DNA of 64,000 bases from Mobula hypostoma (lineage: Eukaryota): contig NC_086109.1 of NCBI RefSeq assembly GCF_963921235.1, positions 3,102,001 through 3,166,000 on the forward strand, given 5' to 3'. A program made the position numbers and the translations under genes. Below are positions 25,237 to 38,500 of the stretch, piece by piece (position 1 is the stretch's first letter; every line of letters begins with the position of its first letter). Under the pieces are notes generated by a model that saw nothing but the letters and a program-made list of their open reading frames with translations, was not told the DNA's origin and made no database searches.

Positions 25237-25652
25237 TCAATGATCATTCGATTGAGGAGATGGCAAAGGTTTTTCAGTGTGATAGAGAGCAGAGTAAAGA
25301 AACCGAAGGTTCATCTCAGGGTCACATAACAAATATGTTTGAATGAGATTCCCTGCTTTCCATTCTTCTGAACACCAGTGGGTACAGGCCCATGAGCCAT
25401 CAAATATTAACCCTTTCATTCCTAGAATCATTCTTGTGAGCCTCCTCTGGACCCTCTCCAATGCCAACATATCTTTCTTAGATAAGAGGCCCGAAAATGC
25501 TCACAATGCTCCAAGTACAGTCTGACCAGTGCCTTCTAAAGTCTCAGCATTACATCCTCACTTTTATATTCCAGTCTTCTCAAATAAATGCTAACATTGC
25601 GTTTGCCTTCCTTACCACCAACTCAACTGCAAGTTAAACTTTAGGGAATCCT

Positions 25653-26005
25653 CACATGAGGAAATCTGCAGATGCTGGAATTTCAAGCAACACACATAAA
25701 AGTTGCTGGTGAACGCAGCAGGCCAGGCAGCATCTCAAGGAAGAGGTACAGTCGACGTTTCGGGCCGAGACCCTTCGTCAGGACTAACTGAAGGAAGAGC
25801 TAGTAAGAGATTTGAAAGTGGGAGGGGGAGGGGGAGATCCAAAATGATAGGAGAAGACAGGAGGGGGAGGGATGGAGCCAAGAGCTGGACAGGTGATTGG
25901 CAAAAGGGATATGAGAGGATCATGGGACAGGAGGCCTGGGGAGAAAGACAAGGGGCGGGGGGAACCCAGAGGATGGGCAAGGGGTATAGTGAGAGGGAAG
26001 GGTAT
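25653..26005 (-). mobile_element. Young Neptune-type PLE terminal segment
   Basis: Near-identical to 20940-21250, 60190-60530 and 63627-64000. Confidence 0.9.
25749..25790 (-). ncRNA. Minimal type I hammerhead ribozyme, intact core
   Basis: Minus strand: uaguc-CUGACGA-a-ggg-ucucgg-ccc-GAAA-CG-UC-gacug; stems I and II pair; helix III is the palindrome ACGU. Confidence 0.8.
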
Positions 26006-27379
26006 AGAGATTTGCACCTCTAAGTTTTGAATTTTCTTCCTGTATAGAAAATAATCTGCTCCTTTATTCCTTCTACCAAAGTGCTGACCATATACTTCCC
26101 TCTGTTCCATCTCCCCTTTCTTTGCCTATTCTCTTAATCTGTCTGTCCTTCTGCAGACTCCCTGCTTCCTCAACATTGCCTGCCTTCTACTACATAGAAC
26201 ATAGGTTCATAGGCCCTTTGACCCAAATGAATTAAACCAATGACTCCTAATGAATCTAATCCCTCTCCTCACACATTGACCACATCCCTCCTTCCTCTGC
26301 ATATTCATGTGCCTTTCTAAGAGTTTCTCAAATGCTTCCATGCTAGCTGCCTCTACCACACCCCTGTCAGTGTGTTCCAGGCTTTACAGATAAATTTGTG
26401 CTCAGAAGTATGATCTGCGGATTATAAAATTAATCACTTAAAGCCAAGTTCTGGAGAATCTTCCACTGATATTTCAATTCATTCCCTCAAATGAAGATTT
26501 CAGATTTGAATCATTCCCCTCAGGACTCTCCCTACTATGTTTGCCCAGGTAACTGCCCTCAGCTGCTACTGGCCTGCTGTATTGTCTGATTTGGCTCAGG
26601 TACCTGAAACCAGTGACATGGAGGATTCAGTGATGAATGGAAATGATCTGGTTTTCCCAAGGGCCCAACAGGAACATGTTAAGCTGCAGGCAAAGTCTTT
26701 AGCAGGGGAAAACAGGTGAATACAGGGTGGAGTGCAGATTTGATTTTAGCAGCTGGAGTGTTGGATTATTTCCTTATGTCAGTTTGCATTTCATTCTTGG
26801 ATCCATCCTCTGGACTAATTTTCACCATATTTGCCAATGATTCCTATGTGTCCATGTGTCAGGCTGAATTAGTTAGGTGGAATGTAAAGCACGCACAAGG
26901 GAATTGCATTTGTTCAAGCTTGGGGCCAAATTAAAAGAACACACTGTGAGTGACTTTACAAATCTTCCATTATTTGCCAGCTCCTGTTTTTCCCTGATTT
27001 GGGAGATTTAAAAAATCCAATTACTGTATTTTAATCCTGGTCATAGTTCTCCTGAAGTATGTCAACAATGGAAGGGGCTGTGGGGACTTGGGATGGGGGC
27101 TTGCTAAATTCCTGGTAATGCAATGCCCAGAGAACTTAGAGCATTTTGCAGAGATGTTGTGAGCACCAGAGCTCTTCTCGAGCACAAAACTGAAACCAAA
27201 CTAAACCTGACCCAAGGGGCGTTTTTTGTAACTTCTTCTGTACCTGATGTGACATTTGTAGAAGATCAGGAGCATGTGCATTTGCAGAGGCATAGAGAGA
27301 GTGACCATATATGGAACTGTGTGATGGGTAGTACCAACCTGAATCAAATAGTGAGCCAGCCCAGAGCACCACATTACAG

Positions 27380-27540
27380 GTCGGAACACTGGAGATCAGA
27401 GTTCAATTCTGGTGCCCTTCTGTAAGGAGTCTCTGTTTGCCCCCACATGGAATGTATGGGTTTCCTCCTGGTCTTCTGGTTTGTTTCCACAGTCCAAAGA
27501 CATACCAGGTTGGTTAATTAGTCATTGTAAATTGTTAGGG
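27380..27540 (+). mobile_element. V-domain tRNA SINE, degraded
   Basis: B-box-like gagttcaattc, then tgggtttcctcc.ggt..tctggttt...ccacagtccaaagac..ggttaatt.gtcattgtaaattg. Confidence 0.7.
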
Positions 27541-27678
27541 TTAATTGGGTTTGTTGGGAGTTGCTGAGGCTGGAAAACTTGCTAAATGAATAAAAACAAC
27601 CAGTGACCCTGCTGGGATTTGTGGCCAGATCCAACAGCCTGTGGAGACCGCATGCCAGGCGGGCAAAATCTAAATGCA

Positions 27679-28006
27679 ATACACATAGAAGTTGCTGGTG
27701 AACGCAGCAGGCCAGGCAGCATCTCTAGGAAGAGGTATAGTCGACGTTTGCCAATCACCTGTCCAGCTCCTGGCTCCATCCCTCCCCTTCTTGTCTTCTC
27801 CTATCATTTGGATTGCCCCCTCCCCCTCCCATTTTCAAATCTCTTACTATCTCTTCTTTCAGTTAGTCCTGACGAAGGGTCTTGGCCCGAAACGTCGACT
27901 GTACCTCTTCCTAGAGATGCTGCCTGGCCTGCTGCGTTCACCAGAAACTTTTATGTGTGTTGCTTGAAATTCCAGCATCTGCAGATTTCCTCGTGTTTGC
28001 GTTTTT
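27679..28006. mobile_element. Miniature palindromic Neptune-type PLE
   Basis: Short minus arm plus longer plus arm; TSD aaaatctaaatgca. Confidence 0.9.
27860..27901 (+). ncRNA. Minimal type I hammerhead ribozyme, intact core
   Basis: cagttagtc CTGACGA aggg tcttgg ccc GAAA CG TC gactg. Confidence 0.8.
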
Positions 28007-28089
28007 AAAATCTAAATGCACTTTATTCCTCATACCTTGTTCTACCTCAATGCACCGTGTAATGATTTAATCTGTATGAATAGTATATA

Positions 28090-28458
28090 GGGCGATGGAG
28101 TGGAGATACATCTCTATCAAAGGAGATGTAAAGTGCTCCTTCCGTTCTCTAGCCTGCAGGTCACCCTTGGGCAAGTTGTAGCACCAGCTTAGCCCCCAGT
28201 CAAGGTCATATGAAGTCATGGGAGCATGGGATTACGGTGGATGGTCGTATGAGCAGCTGGTGCATATGTGACCACTGACACCAGGCGGACAATCTCTGAA
28301 GAGTATTGATAATGTCTGGGGTCACCTGTCTTGTGAACACACTGTCCTGAAAAAGGCAGTGGCAAACCATTTCTGCAGAAAAATTTACCAAAACTCATGG
28401 TTAAGGCCATGTTCGCCTACGTCATATGAAATGGCGCATAATGATGATTATGATAATG
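28090..28458 (+). mobile_element. RTE-tailed SINE-like element, copy 2
   Basis: Collinear with copies 1 and 3; aaggcagtggcaaacca motif; (atg)n-like tail. Confidence 0.75.
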
Positions 28459-28539
28459 AGCAGTGTGCAAGACAAAGTTTTCACTGCAACTGAAAATATG
28501 TGATAATAATAAACCAATGCCAATATTTTGGAATTCAAG

Positions 28540-28980
28540 TCCACTGTCACCTTAAAATGGCAACAGGTCAATAAAGTGATAGAGGGTGAATGGCTTATTT
28601 GTTTTTAGAGACAGGGGCAGAAAATAAAAAAGTTGGAACATTCTGTTGCATTTTTCGCAAATCCTGGTTAGGCCACATCTGGGGCACCACAATTCTGGTT
28701 AGGCTGGGGAGAGGACAGAGTGAACTCCTCAGGATGTTGCCTGGATTGGAGGACCTTGGTTATGAGGAAAGATTGTAAAGGCTGAGTTTGATTTACTGAA
28801 GCAATGGAGCAGAGGATTCACCCGAGAGAGGTACATCAAATTAGAAGAGGCAAAGGGTAAGGTCTATAGTCAGAGCCATTTGTCCCATGAGTAGGGAAAG
28901 AACATGAATTTAAGGTGAGAGGAAGGAGTTTTAAAGGGTCCTTCGAGGTAAAGTTTTATTTTCACAGAGAGTGGTTGTTG
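28540..28980 (+). mobile_element. Highly degraded CR1 ORF2 3' fragment
   Basis: RMLPGLEDLGYEERL and tttaaggtgagagg..ttcacagagagtgg motifs. Confidence 0.6.
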
Positions 28981-29199
28981 TGCTAGCATATGTTCATGAA
29001 AACCTACAGTGCAGAAATGGGCCCCTATGGCCTACCTTGGCAATGCTGACTGAGAACCTGTCTACTTGTTCCAGATCTGGACTTCCATGTACTGGGAAAG
29101 AGATACCACCTAATCTCTCCTGAGCAGGATGCAGAGCTGAGCTGAGAGGTGGCAGGTGGAATTCAATCCAGAAAATTCTGATGTAAATAAAAAGGGAGT

Positions 29200-29565
29200 T
29201 AGGAATGTTGTTAACAAAGAGATATACCACAAGGAATATTGGTGAATGGAGAGACATATCACTAGGAATGTTGGTGAACAGAGAGATGTATCACCAGGAA
29301 CATTAGTGAACGGAAAGACATATCACCAGGAATGCTGGTGAAAAGAGAGATGTACACCAGGAGTGTTGGTCAAAAGAGAGATGTACCATCAGGAATGTTG
29401 GTGAACAGAGAGATGTATCCCCAGGAATGTTGATGGATAGAGAGGCATATCACCAGGAATGTTGATGGATAGAGAGGCATATCACCAGGAATGTTGATGG
29501 ACAGAGAGACATATCACCAGGAATGCTGGTGAACAGACAGATATACCACCAGGAATGTTGGTGGA
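29200..29565. repeat. 32-bp minisatellite, ~11 copies
   Basis: Unit ~ccaggaatgttggtgaacagagagatatatca; ccagg recurs at 29421, 29453 and 29485. Confidence 0.9.
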
Positions 29566-29660
29566 CCTACCACCATCTTAAAGGCCGTTTCAACCCCACT
29601 GTTATTGACACTTGAACGGACCTCTTGTACAATAGTATCGACTCTTGAGGCCACAATCTA

Positions 29661-30190
29661 CAGTCCTATGCAAAAGTCTTAGGCACATACAGTATATATA
29701 GCTAGGGTGCCTAAACCTCTTGCACAATACTGTAGTAATTTTATATATTACACTGCACTGGAGCCCCAAAAAGAGAAACAAGTTCATGACATGTGAGTGA
29801 TGATAAACCTGATTCCTATATGGATCCCTATTATGGACTGAGAGTGGGAAGGGGGCAGGGAGAGGAGAGTCACTGTTGGGAATAGAGAAAGAGAGAGGAG
29901 AAGGGGTGGAAAACACCAGAGAGACAATCTGTAACGGTCAATAAACCAATTGTTTGGAATCAAATGGCCTACTGGGTTTCTCAGAGCTGGGTGTGTATGC
30001 ACCTGCACCACCTCCCAGTCCTGGCACTCCTTTTCCACCACCTGTCCCACACCTCTACGGCAGTGCTCCTCTCTCACCACTCCCAACATCCTTTGCTCCC
30101 GCCAGGTTTGCAAACTCGCTCTCCGTTCCACGTTGGAAATGGAGTATTGCGCAAAAGTTTTCGGCAACCTCAGACTTTCGCATCATACTG
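29661..30190. mobile_element. Composite mini-MITE element, copy 2
   Basis: Mini-MITE 29661-29732, internal segment homologous to 7133-7508, degraded mini-MITE 30142-30190. Confidence 0.75.
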
Positions 30191-30717
30191 TGCATCTTTA
30201 TGATCTTGTACTTTATTGTTTACCTGCACTGCACTTTTCTGAAGCTAATACTGTATCCTGTGATTTCAATCTCCTGCGTTCACCTCCACGCGGAGGACTC
30301 TGACTACGAACAAGGTGGCTGTTGGAGAAAGATGTGCTGTAGCTTTGGAGAATTCCTCTACTGGGCTTCTGTTGTGTTTTGTAAATTGAAGACATGAAAC
30401 TAATTTAAAGCAAAACATGGGAGACCGGGAATTTAAATGAACAAGACTGCTTAATCAAACAATATATTTCCTCAATTTCTGAAATATTATTCAAATATTA
30501 AATATACAACACATCCCACATTCCCTCTCATCACCTCTACATCATCAGTAGGGTAGAGACAGTGATTATATTGCCCGGCAAGTAATTCAAAAGTTATGAC
30601 TTCTAATCCTGCACTGCATCCAGAATTTGGAATGTCTTGACAAATCTGAAGATGAAATTACTCTGTCAATGAAAATAAACAGGAAGTCTGTTTATGGGGA
30701 GAAATGTGCTATTTCCA

Positions 30718-31226
30718 CATACTCAACAATTCAGGAACAGCTTCTTCCCCTCTGTCATCAGATTTCTGAATGGACATTGAACCCATGAACACCACCTCTC
30801 TACTATTTTTTCTCTTTTATTCTCTTTCTGCACTACTTATTTAAATTAACTTTATATACATATATGTATATACGGTGCATATCTGTGTGCTTCTTACTGT
30901 AATTTACTGTTTTATTAATATGTATTACAATGAACTGTTCAAAGGTTCCAAGGTTCATTTTCTTGTGAAAGTATGCAAGTACAATACACCTCTGATATTT
31001 ATCTTCTCCAGATAGCCACAAAATAAGGAAGGACCATACATTAACTCACCCCTTCAAGAAAAAGAAAAAGAAATAAAACTTGCAAACCCCCAAATCCCCT
31101 GCAGAACATAAACAGTGACAATAGCAACAAATCCCCAACCCTCCCCTGCAGAAAAAAACAGCACAACAGCAAATTTCTGACATATGTCAGTGATATTAAA
31201 CATAATTCTGCTTTTGATTCTGATTC
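30718..31226 (+). mobile_element. Rex1 3' tail interrupted by another minus-strand LINE tail (30937-31160)
   Basis: aggaacagcttcttcccctctg ... ctgattctgattc, with a gttcaaaggttc insert. Confidence 0.65.
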
Positions 31227-32109
31227 CTATCTGACCCATGTGACTCCAGGCATACAGCTACGTGGTTGACTAATAATTGTGCGTGGAAGCTTCTGCCATG
31301 TACCTGCATGTCACTCGGGTCCTTTTGGACAAGTCAAAGTACAAGGCACAGAAATTCTCGGATTCTCCTTGAGAAAGCATAACATCTCATGAGAATTCAT
31401 AGACATAGAATAATAAGGGGTAGGAACAGGTCCTTTGTCTCAAGATATGGAACATAATTCCTGGTCCGTCACTGGTTAACATGGTGAAGGAGCATTATGA
31501 ATGCTGAGAATATTAATCACAACATGCAGAAGTGCAGAAACAGCGGAAGGTGTGCACAACCATGCAAACAATGCACCTGATTCCCACCATTAACTACCTC
31601 TTGCCCCATCTATGTCGTGGTCAAGGATCCCCCATTGGACTAGCTATCAGATGGTCCTCAACACTGGTGTGATAGGAGTCACCCGTGACCCTAACGACTG
31701 CCTGAGGAGAAGATGAAGGTCCTTGGGGAAGTGAGCTAGCACAGGCTGAAATGTCCAGACTTCTTGAGATATGTGAGAGGAAGGAATCTGTCTCCTGTGT
31801 GGAAGTCGGTGTAGGACAGAAAGCACAGTAGAAGCTTTGTACCCTCTGTGGCCGAACACGTTGACAGCTCCACACTACCTGTCAGAGCAGAGTCCAGCTC
31901 CCAGACTGGCACAGGCTCACGTTCTTCAAGTTCCAAAGCAATCACATCCCAAGCTGCAGTGGTATGGACGCATGCCTCAGTTGTTATTGACCAAGGATGC
32001 TGCATTTGACAGGAGTGCGATCATTTCTCATAGGTGCACTCTAAACAATCACAGAGGGCTAATGTTACTTTGCGTCTGCCCTGAGTCCCTCTACAAATGT
32101 GAACGATGT

Positions 32110-32528
32110 TGTAATGTGTACAAAGTCACTAGAGAGAGACTGAAGCTGGTGGATACAGAAGTGGTTTATTCGACAAAAACCAGCAGCAGGCATCATATTG
32201 AGACACTCCTGGAGGAAGTGGCCTGATCGACCCAGCATTTTAGATGCTAAAGATCGAAGGACAATTCTGTATTCATAGTGTATCTACAATGCTTCCTTTG
32301 AACCACATGTAACTTTTACAGCTCCTTCTTTGCACCCACACTCCAGACACCCAAAAGGAATGTTAATCACCATGGCCTGGTTTTTCAATTAACTGTTGTT
32401 CACAGTTCTAGGAACCTATTGTCCAGGGCTGCATTTTAATCTTAACCTACGTTCCATGTTCAGTCTGAAGATTGGTTGCTGAAGTTAATATTTTGCTATA
32501 TACCCTAAGTCCAGAATATGCCCTAACA
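32110..32528 (-). mobile_element. Possible old solo LTR
   Basis: TG..CA ends (tgtaatg / cctaaca), tttatt near the left end; TSD not convincing. Confidence 0.3.
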
Positions 32529-33711
32529 AATGAACAGGAAGTTCCTAGCTTTATTTCCTGTCTTCTATATTACAGATAACACACACACACTCCAGAAAAG
32601 ATCAATTGCCAAACGGTGATTAAACAGAGAGTTGTTGTCTTTCCCAGCATGCATTCCTTGTTAGCTGTCCTCTTGCATTGTCGATGTGCTCTGTATTGGA
32701 ACATCCTATACTCAAGTGTCTGTAAATATCCACAGGTCTCATTTTAATGCATCTATTAAGAGTCTGTAAATATCCAGAGGTTTGCCCTTCATTAAGGCAA
32801 TCTATATGCAGAAACACGACCAGAGGATATTTACAGAAACATGTTTCATATTTACTGCAACACGGCAGAAATGATATTATAGGGTTTTGAAGAACAATTC
32901 CCCAGTTTCTGTAAAGTGCCAATCTTTTTCCTAATTAACATTTATAAAGCGGTTCTTGGGCTGAGAGAATGAATTAATATTTTATAAGTGGGTACTATGT
33001 TCCAAATTCTTCACCTTTCGGGAAAACAGCTCGCACAGAAGTGTGTTTGTTGAAAGGCCTTGGTGATTCTGTTGCTGGGATGAGTGATACTGAGAACTGA
33101 GGTCATTCACAGGAGGTCCTCTGATAAATCATTTCCCTTTTTGTGGCACTCGAACCTCTCTCTCATGTTTAATCGACTCTAATGGGATTATGTCCAATGC
33201 TAAACTTTCAATAGCCATATCTTTATCCAGAGGTAAGACTCCATTTAGTTATAGAAACCTCCAAAGCTGACAGGGCAAATCTACAGTCAGGTTCACCAGT
33301 ATTATTTAGTACCTTCGCTGTGGACTGCTTAATCCCACTGAGTAACCGTGCTACAAACTGGAGGAGGGCAGTGAAAGCTTCAGCTATTCACATCTATCTT
33401 CTTCATTAATTCTGAGCAAAGGGGAAAAAAGAGCGTTGCTTCTTCTGCATCATCAGTTCCTTGGGTTGGAGGATGACACCAATTTGAAGGGAACTGATGA
33501 AGCATAGACAGGAACACAGACCTTTTCAGAAGTGGGGCCAAAGGTGCCTGATGCAGCCACAGCTTGATGGCTTGGAGTTGGAGTTGCTATTCTTGCTGGT
33601 CACCTGTGTTCTCCCCCACAGTGACCTGAGCATCTCTGCACCATCTAGAATGCCCATTCCTCACATTGACTGGTCCCGGCTCAGGAATTCCCAGGACATG
33701 ATACTCATAAG

Positions 33712-33914
33712 TGTAAGGTGTTTCTTCTTTTATGTTACTGCATAGGCTAATTAAAATGGCTTCTTTGTTATGTTAACTGCTGAGAAAGTCCTCCCGCTAG
33801 CAGTTTGTTTGGATTATTGTTATTGATAAGAGGATGAACGAACCAATTGGGATAGATGTTATTCTTTCTGTGTGTCTGTAAGTTATTGTGATGCGTAGGT
33901 TTTGGGGAAGAAAG

Positions 33915-33952
<38 letters not shown>

Positions 33953-34412
33953 GACAAGGTGCTGTGAGTCGGCTAAAGGGTCGGACCCCGAGCAGGAGTC
34001 CGAGGTCCAGGGTGCTCGGCGAGGAGAGGAGACGAAGACGGACTCGTGTGGAGCGTCTGGCCGACCAACGTTGTTGGTCCCAGGAGGCAGGTCGAGGTGG
34101 TCCGAGGGGATCGTAGAGTGCAGAAGAAGGGTCCCGAGCTCCAACTGTTTATGCACGAAGAGATTGAACGTTGATAAGTGTGGCGCCTTTTATTTTCCTT
34201 TTATATTTTATCTCTATTAATTATATATTTCCAGTAATATCTATAAACTGTAATTCATTTAATCGTATGTGGTGTATTGTCTGTTATTTGGGTGGGGTGG
34301 GGTACATCACACAGCATCCACACAAACTAATTACCCAGTTTGGCGGGGCAGAGGGCTGTTTCCCTAGACGACAGTGAGTTGAGCGACCTTGAGGCTTGCC
34401 AGGGGGGCTACA
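33712..34412 (+). mobile_element. Young solo LTR (701 bp) containing (GA)n
   Basis: tgtaagg...ggctaca with perfect 4-bp TSD taag; CpG-rich interior. Confidence 0.85.
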
Positions 34413-34564
34413 TAAGGAAAGGTTGGATAGACTATGTTTTCTCTCACGAGAAAGTAGGAGGACAAGAGGTGACCTTATTGGTTTTAAATAAATAGATTCT
34501 TATTGAGTATAAAAAGTTAAGATGAACATAGAGCGAGATATAGTCACAATATTTTTTCCTAGGG

Positions 34565-34722
34565 TCATCATCATTTTGTGCTGTGCTATATGATGTGGGT
34601 GATCATGGTCTTCCATCTGCCTATGAGGAAGAACCCCTTCATGCTATTGGTCTTATTCTTTTCTCTATCCATCTTCTTGGGAAGTTTTCTCTGCAGAAGT
34701 GGTTTGCCATTGCCTTCTCCCG
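34565..34722 (-). mobile_element. 3' fragment of the RTE-tailed SINE
   Basis: tcatcatcat tail and gaagtggtttgccattgccttc (reverse of the tail motif). Confidence 0.55.
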
Positions 34723-34867
34723 GGATTTCTTAGGATGAGTTTTCCTAGACGTTTAAGGTGAGAGGGGAAAGGCTGAGAGGAAACACAAGAAGCTTTCTGT
34801 GCTGAGCAGCTGGAGTGAGGTACCAGAGGTAGCGATGGAAGGGAGTGCCATTCCCACATTTATACAA

Positions 34868-35378
34868 CAGAGAACGTAGAACAGTACAGTGTAGGAACAG
34901 GCCAATGGCCCACTGTGTCGTCATGGAGCACTACTGCACAAAAGCGGGCACTTTGACCAATCTAATCTATGTCAGCCTGGTTTACCACCTAGTCCCATCT
35001 TCCTGCAACAAGACCATAGGCCTCCATATTTCTCTCATCCCATGTACCTATTCAAGCTTCCCATGAATGTTACAATTCAACCTGAGTCTGCCACTTCCAC
35101 TGGCAATTTATTCTACACTCGTACCACCCACTGAGTGAAGACATTTCCCCTCAAATTCGCATTAAATACATATTTCACCTTTCCCCCTAAACCTATGATC
35201 GCTAGTTCTATCTCATTGAACCGTAGGGGGAAACATGCAGGCAGACACCCCTCATCATTTTGTATTGGTTCTGTAAGATCTCCCTCATTTTCTTGTGCCC
35301 CAGGGAATAAAATCCAAACCTCTTCAATGTTGCCCAGTAACTCAGGTCCCCAAGACGCGGCGACGTTGTGTTGATCTA
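34868..35378 (-). mobile_element. Degraded CR1 3' fragment
   Basis: agaacgtagaacagtacag tail, ccacttccactggca, cccctcaaattc motifs. Confidence 0.6.
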
Positions 35379-35588
35379 ATTAGACTGGTTGTCACGATGT
35401 ATGCCGGCAATATCAGAGCCAAAAGACAAACTTCAATGTAGAGACGGTGACAATTCATTCTTAATAATTCCAAAGAACGTCGCTGGCTTGGTCGAGCGAT
35501 ACCGTGAGAAGTACCATTCTCAAAACTGGGACCCTGTGATTAGTGCTAAACGAGCTTAAGCAACACATAATGCTCTGGTTAAGATTTC

Positions 35589-38500
35589 TGTCACTATGTT
35601 GTAGATATTCCATTTTGAGCAAGTTTCGGAGAAGCAGTGAGTCCTGCTGGTAAATCTTTTGGTTTCAGCTAAAGGTAAGAAGCTTTGCTGTTCAATATTG
35701 TGTCAGGCAATCAGGATAATGGGATCTGGAGGAGGCTTTAGAGAGTGCGGGGCAGAGAGAGATTTGTGACAGACAGAAGTCTGGTTTGGGGTCTTTTTGT
35801 TGGGAGCTGTGGAGCAGGGCAGAAGAGAAGATGCCACTGAATGCCATGGGAAGGAGAGTCCCCCTCGCACAAAGTGCTTTGTGCAAATGAATGGCTCCAG
35901 GGAGGAGGGCTAATATTGCTGAGGAGAGCCAATTTGTTTGGGATGGATTCTGAGGGAAGTTCAGACGGTAGTGGGTGCTTTCACACAGACTGTGGGCCCC
36001 TTTATTTATTTTTCTTTCTTTTAATTACTGTTTGATAAAGTTGAAATTGGTAAACACACTTTCTTTATAATCTTATGCAGTGTACAATTTGTTATTTCTT
36101 GCCGGCTGATAATTGAGTATGGACAGAATTTACACAGCATTCGCGCAAACTGAGGTTTCTTTAATCAGAACATCATGACGTTCCTGTTTGGTTGAACCAT
36201 AAATTGCACCGAACCTATTGTTTATGAAAGGTAGCTTTCTTGCCACTAAATTAGCTAACGAGCCAAGGCTGTATATGAGCCCAGTGGGAGGGTTACATTT
36301 GTGGGGACCATTGTCCAGGGATTTCAGATGCTGTGTGACTGCTGTTTTAGAATTGATCAAGCAGTTTGTGTGTTTAAACTAGTGTCAGGGAAAGGGCAGG
36401 GATTAAGGCTGGTGTGGTTCAAAGAGATTATTCACAAATAATGCTGGTGTTCTAAGCAGGGTGGACATCCGAATTCCCAATGAACTGCTATTGAGAGCGC
36501 TGAGTTCTGTAAAAGTTTTGGGGGAAGTTACGCTGATTTAAGGGCAGCCTGACCAAATCAGCTAGTAAGGATGTCATGTTAGTCCAGACAGCGGTGACGT
36601 GACTGAAGTCGCGCTGCCCGATACGTTAGGAGATCCTGGAGAAGTGGGACGATGGGCAGTCCATATTTTTAGAGAAGGGCAGAATGTAGCTGAGGGCGAA
36701 GACTTTAAGGACAATTTGTTTTCATTTCTACGGAGTGAGAGAAAGAGATTGTCTGATGTGAAGGTCTAATGAGTCCTTCAGCTGTTGATTTAAATTCTGA
36801 CCTGCTTTCAGCCATTACATCACTGATTGATAAATGCCAGGGTGTGGCCAAGGAGAGCCAAGGTTGTCTCAGGCTGGGAGTGTTCCCTGGAGTCAAGCCC
36901 ATCCTGATGGGGAAGAAGAATCTGAGGCTTGGGCCGAGCAGATGTCTCAGTTACTGGATGAGTGGCAGTGCCCAGATAAAACAGAGACTGGCATAGTTTA
37001 AGGGGTCCAATGGCTGATGCAGTGAGATTCCTAAAGGCAGAAAACCCATTAGCCACGTCAGCTAATTACTTGTAAACTCTGGGAGATGCCCTTGGCATTG
37101 TTGAAAGTGCAGCCGAGCTTAGAATCAAGTTTGGGCACACATTCCAGGAGGAAGGAGAGAAGCTTTCTGCCTACCTTCTTCGGTTGGAGAAAGTTCTGCA
37201 CTGTTTGTGCCACAAAGGGGGCATTCAATAGTCTGAGAGAAATTGCTTGAGGGTGGAGCAAGCTGTGAAGGGTGCGCTGTCAGATGACATGATTTCTCTA
37301 CATATTCGAATGACCGACAAGATGTGCCCTCCTCCATCTTTTACCGTTACTCAGAGAAGTTAGAGAGGAGGAAAACATGACTGAGAAGTGGAACATTTCC
37401 AAAAGCCGAGTAATGCCGTCAATGATAGCCTCTGCTGCTAAAGCGACCCCCAATGCCACAGCGATAGAGCTTTAGAGGGATGAGCCGGAAAACTTTCGGG
37501 ATGTGCTGACTCAATGGATGTCTGCTACCGTTTCAACCAAATGTCCATTGGGAAACTTGACCACCTGTAGCACTTACGACACAGAGGAATGCTGCAGAAA
37601 AGGGTCTCTTGATGGGAAAGGCAACCAATGTTTTCAGTTACAGCTGTGGAGAAATTCTGTGAGAGATGGGAAAATCTTCAGAAAGTAAGTTAGCAGTTAA
37701 CAAACAAAGAGGAAAAGAAGCAAAGCTCTGGAGTGACCCAGTAAAGGAACAAGCTAGTGTCTCGGAGAGGATACACTCCAATCAGTGTATTAAGGGAAAT
37801 ACTAAAGTGCAAAACACTATTCCTGAAGGTTTAGTGGGGCCAAGCTCTGGTGTATCCATATGAATTGAAGGTGTTTATGCTAGAGTCGTACTTGGTGCAA
37901 GTTCTCAAATTATTTTGCTTTATAAATCATTTTATAATCGGTATTTGACACATTTACCATTGAAGATACTCAATGCCCTTGAGATTTGGGGGCTTAATAC
38001 TGATGAGTACCCATAAGATTGTTACTTGTTGTTGAAACTGGATTTTTTTGGAAGCAGATGTTGGAGTAACTAAGACTATTGATGCACCAGTGTCTGATTC
38101 AAAAGGGTGGAGCTTCCATTCTTGTGGGAACAAATACTTCCATTGTGTGAAGATTTACAGGAGCATGCAAGGAGAGAGATGGAAAAAAAACTTTTTGAAA
38201 ACCTTGTCCATTCACCCCGCATTCAGAGCTACGTTTGAGAAGGTTCAAGTTCCTCCTAAGCAGGATGAGGAGCAGATACGAGAAACTGTGTGGTACACCC
38301 AGTCTAAGCCTGTCATATTATGTCCCGGAGGAGTAGCTAGAGTGACAGGGACTCCCGGATTTGCCAGAGTGTCCAATGGCCCAGCCATCCGGGTGGGTCA
38401 GTCCTGAAAGAAGAGTCATGTTTACCTGCAGGAGTGCTGGTGAGACCTGAACTGCAGAAATCTTCAACTATCTACCCAAACAGAATAACAGTGATTGTCA

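Larger units (their letters stand above)
25335..26385 (-). mobile_element. CR1 fragments interrupted by a PLE at 25653-26005
   Basis: LALERVQRRLTRMI frame; collinear with the CR1 at 14.0-14.6 kb; separate CR1 tail at 26192-26385. Confidence 0.75.

Noticed and set aside
26600..26715. Possible host exon (cag|GTACCTGAA...AACAG|gtgaat; VPETSDMEDSVMNGNDLV...)
   Set aside because: Weak polypyrimidine tract, no recognised protein and no partner exons; would need RNA-seq or BLASTX
29200..29565. CRISPR-like periodicity here and at 11.1-11.7 kb
   Set aside because: Head-to-tail units without unique spacers, no cas genes, eukaryotic context
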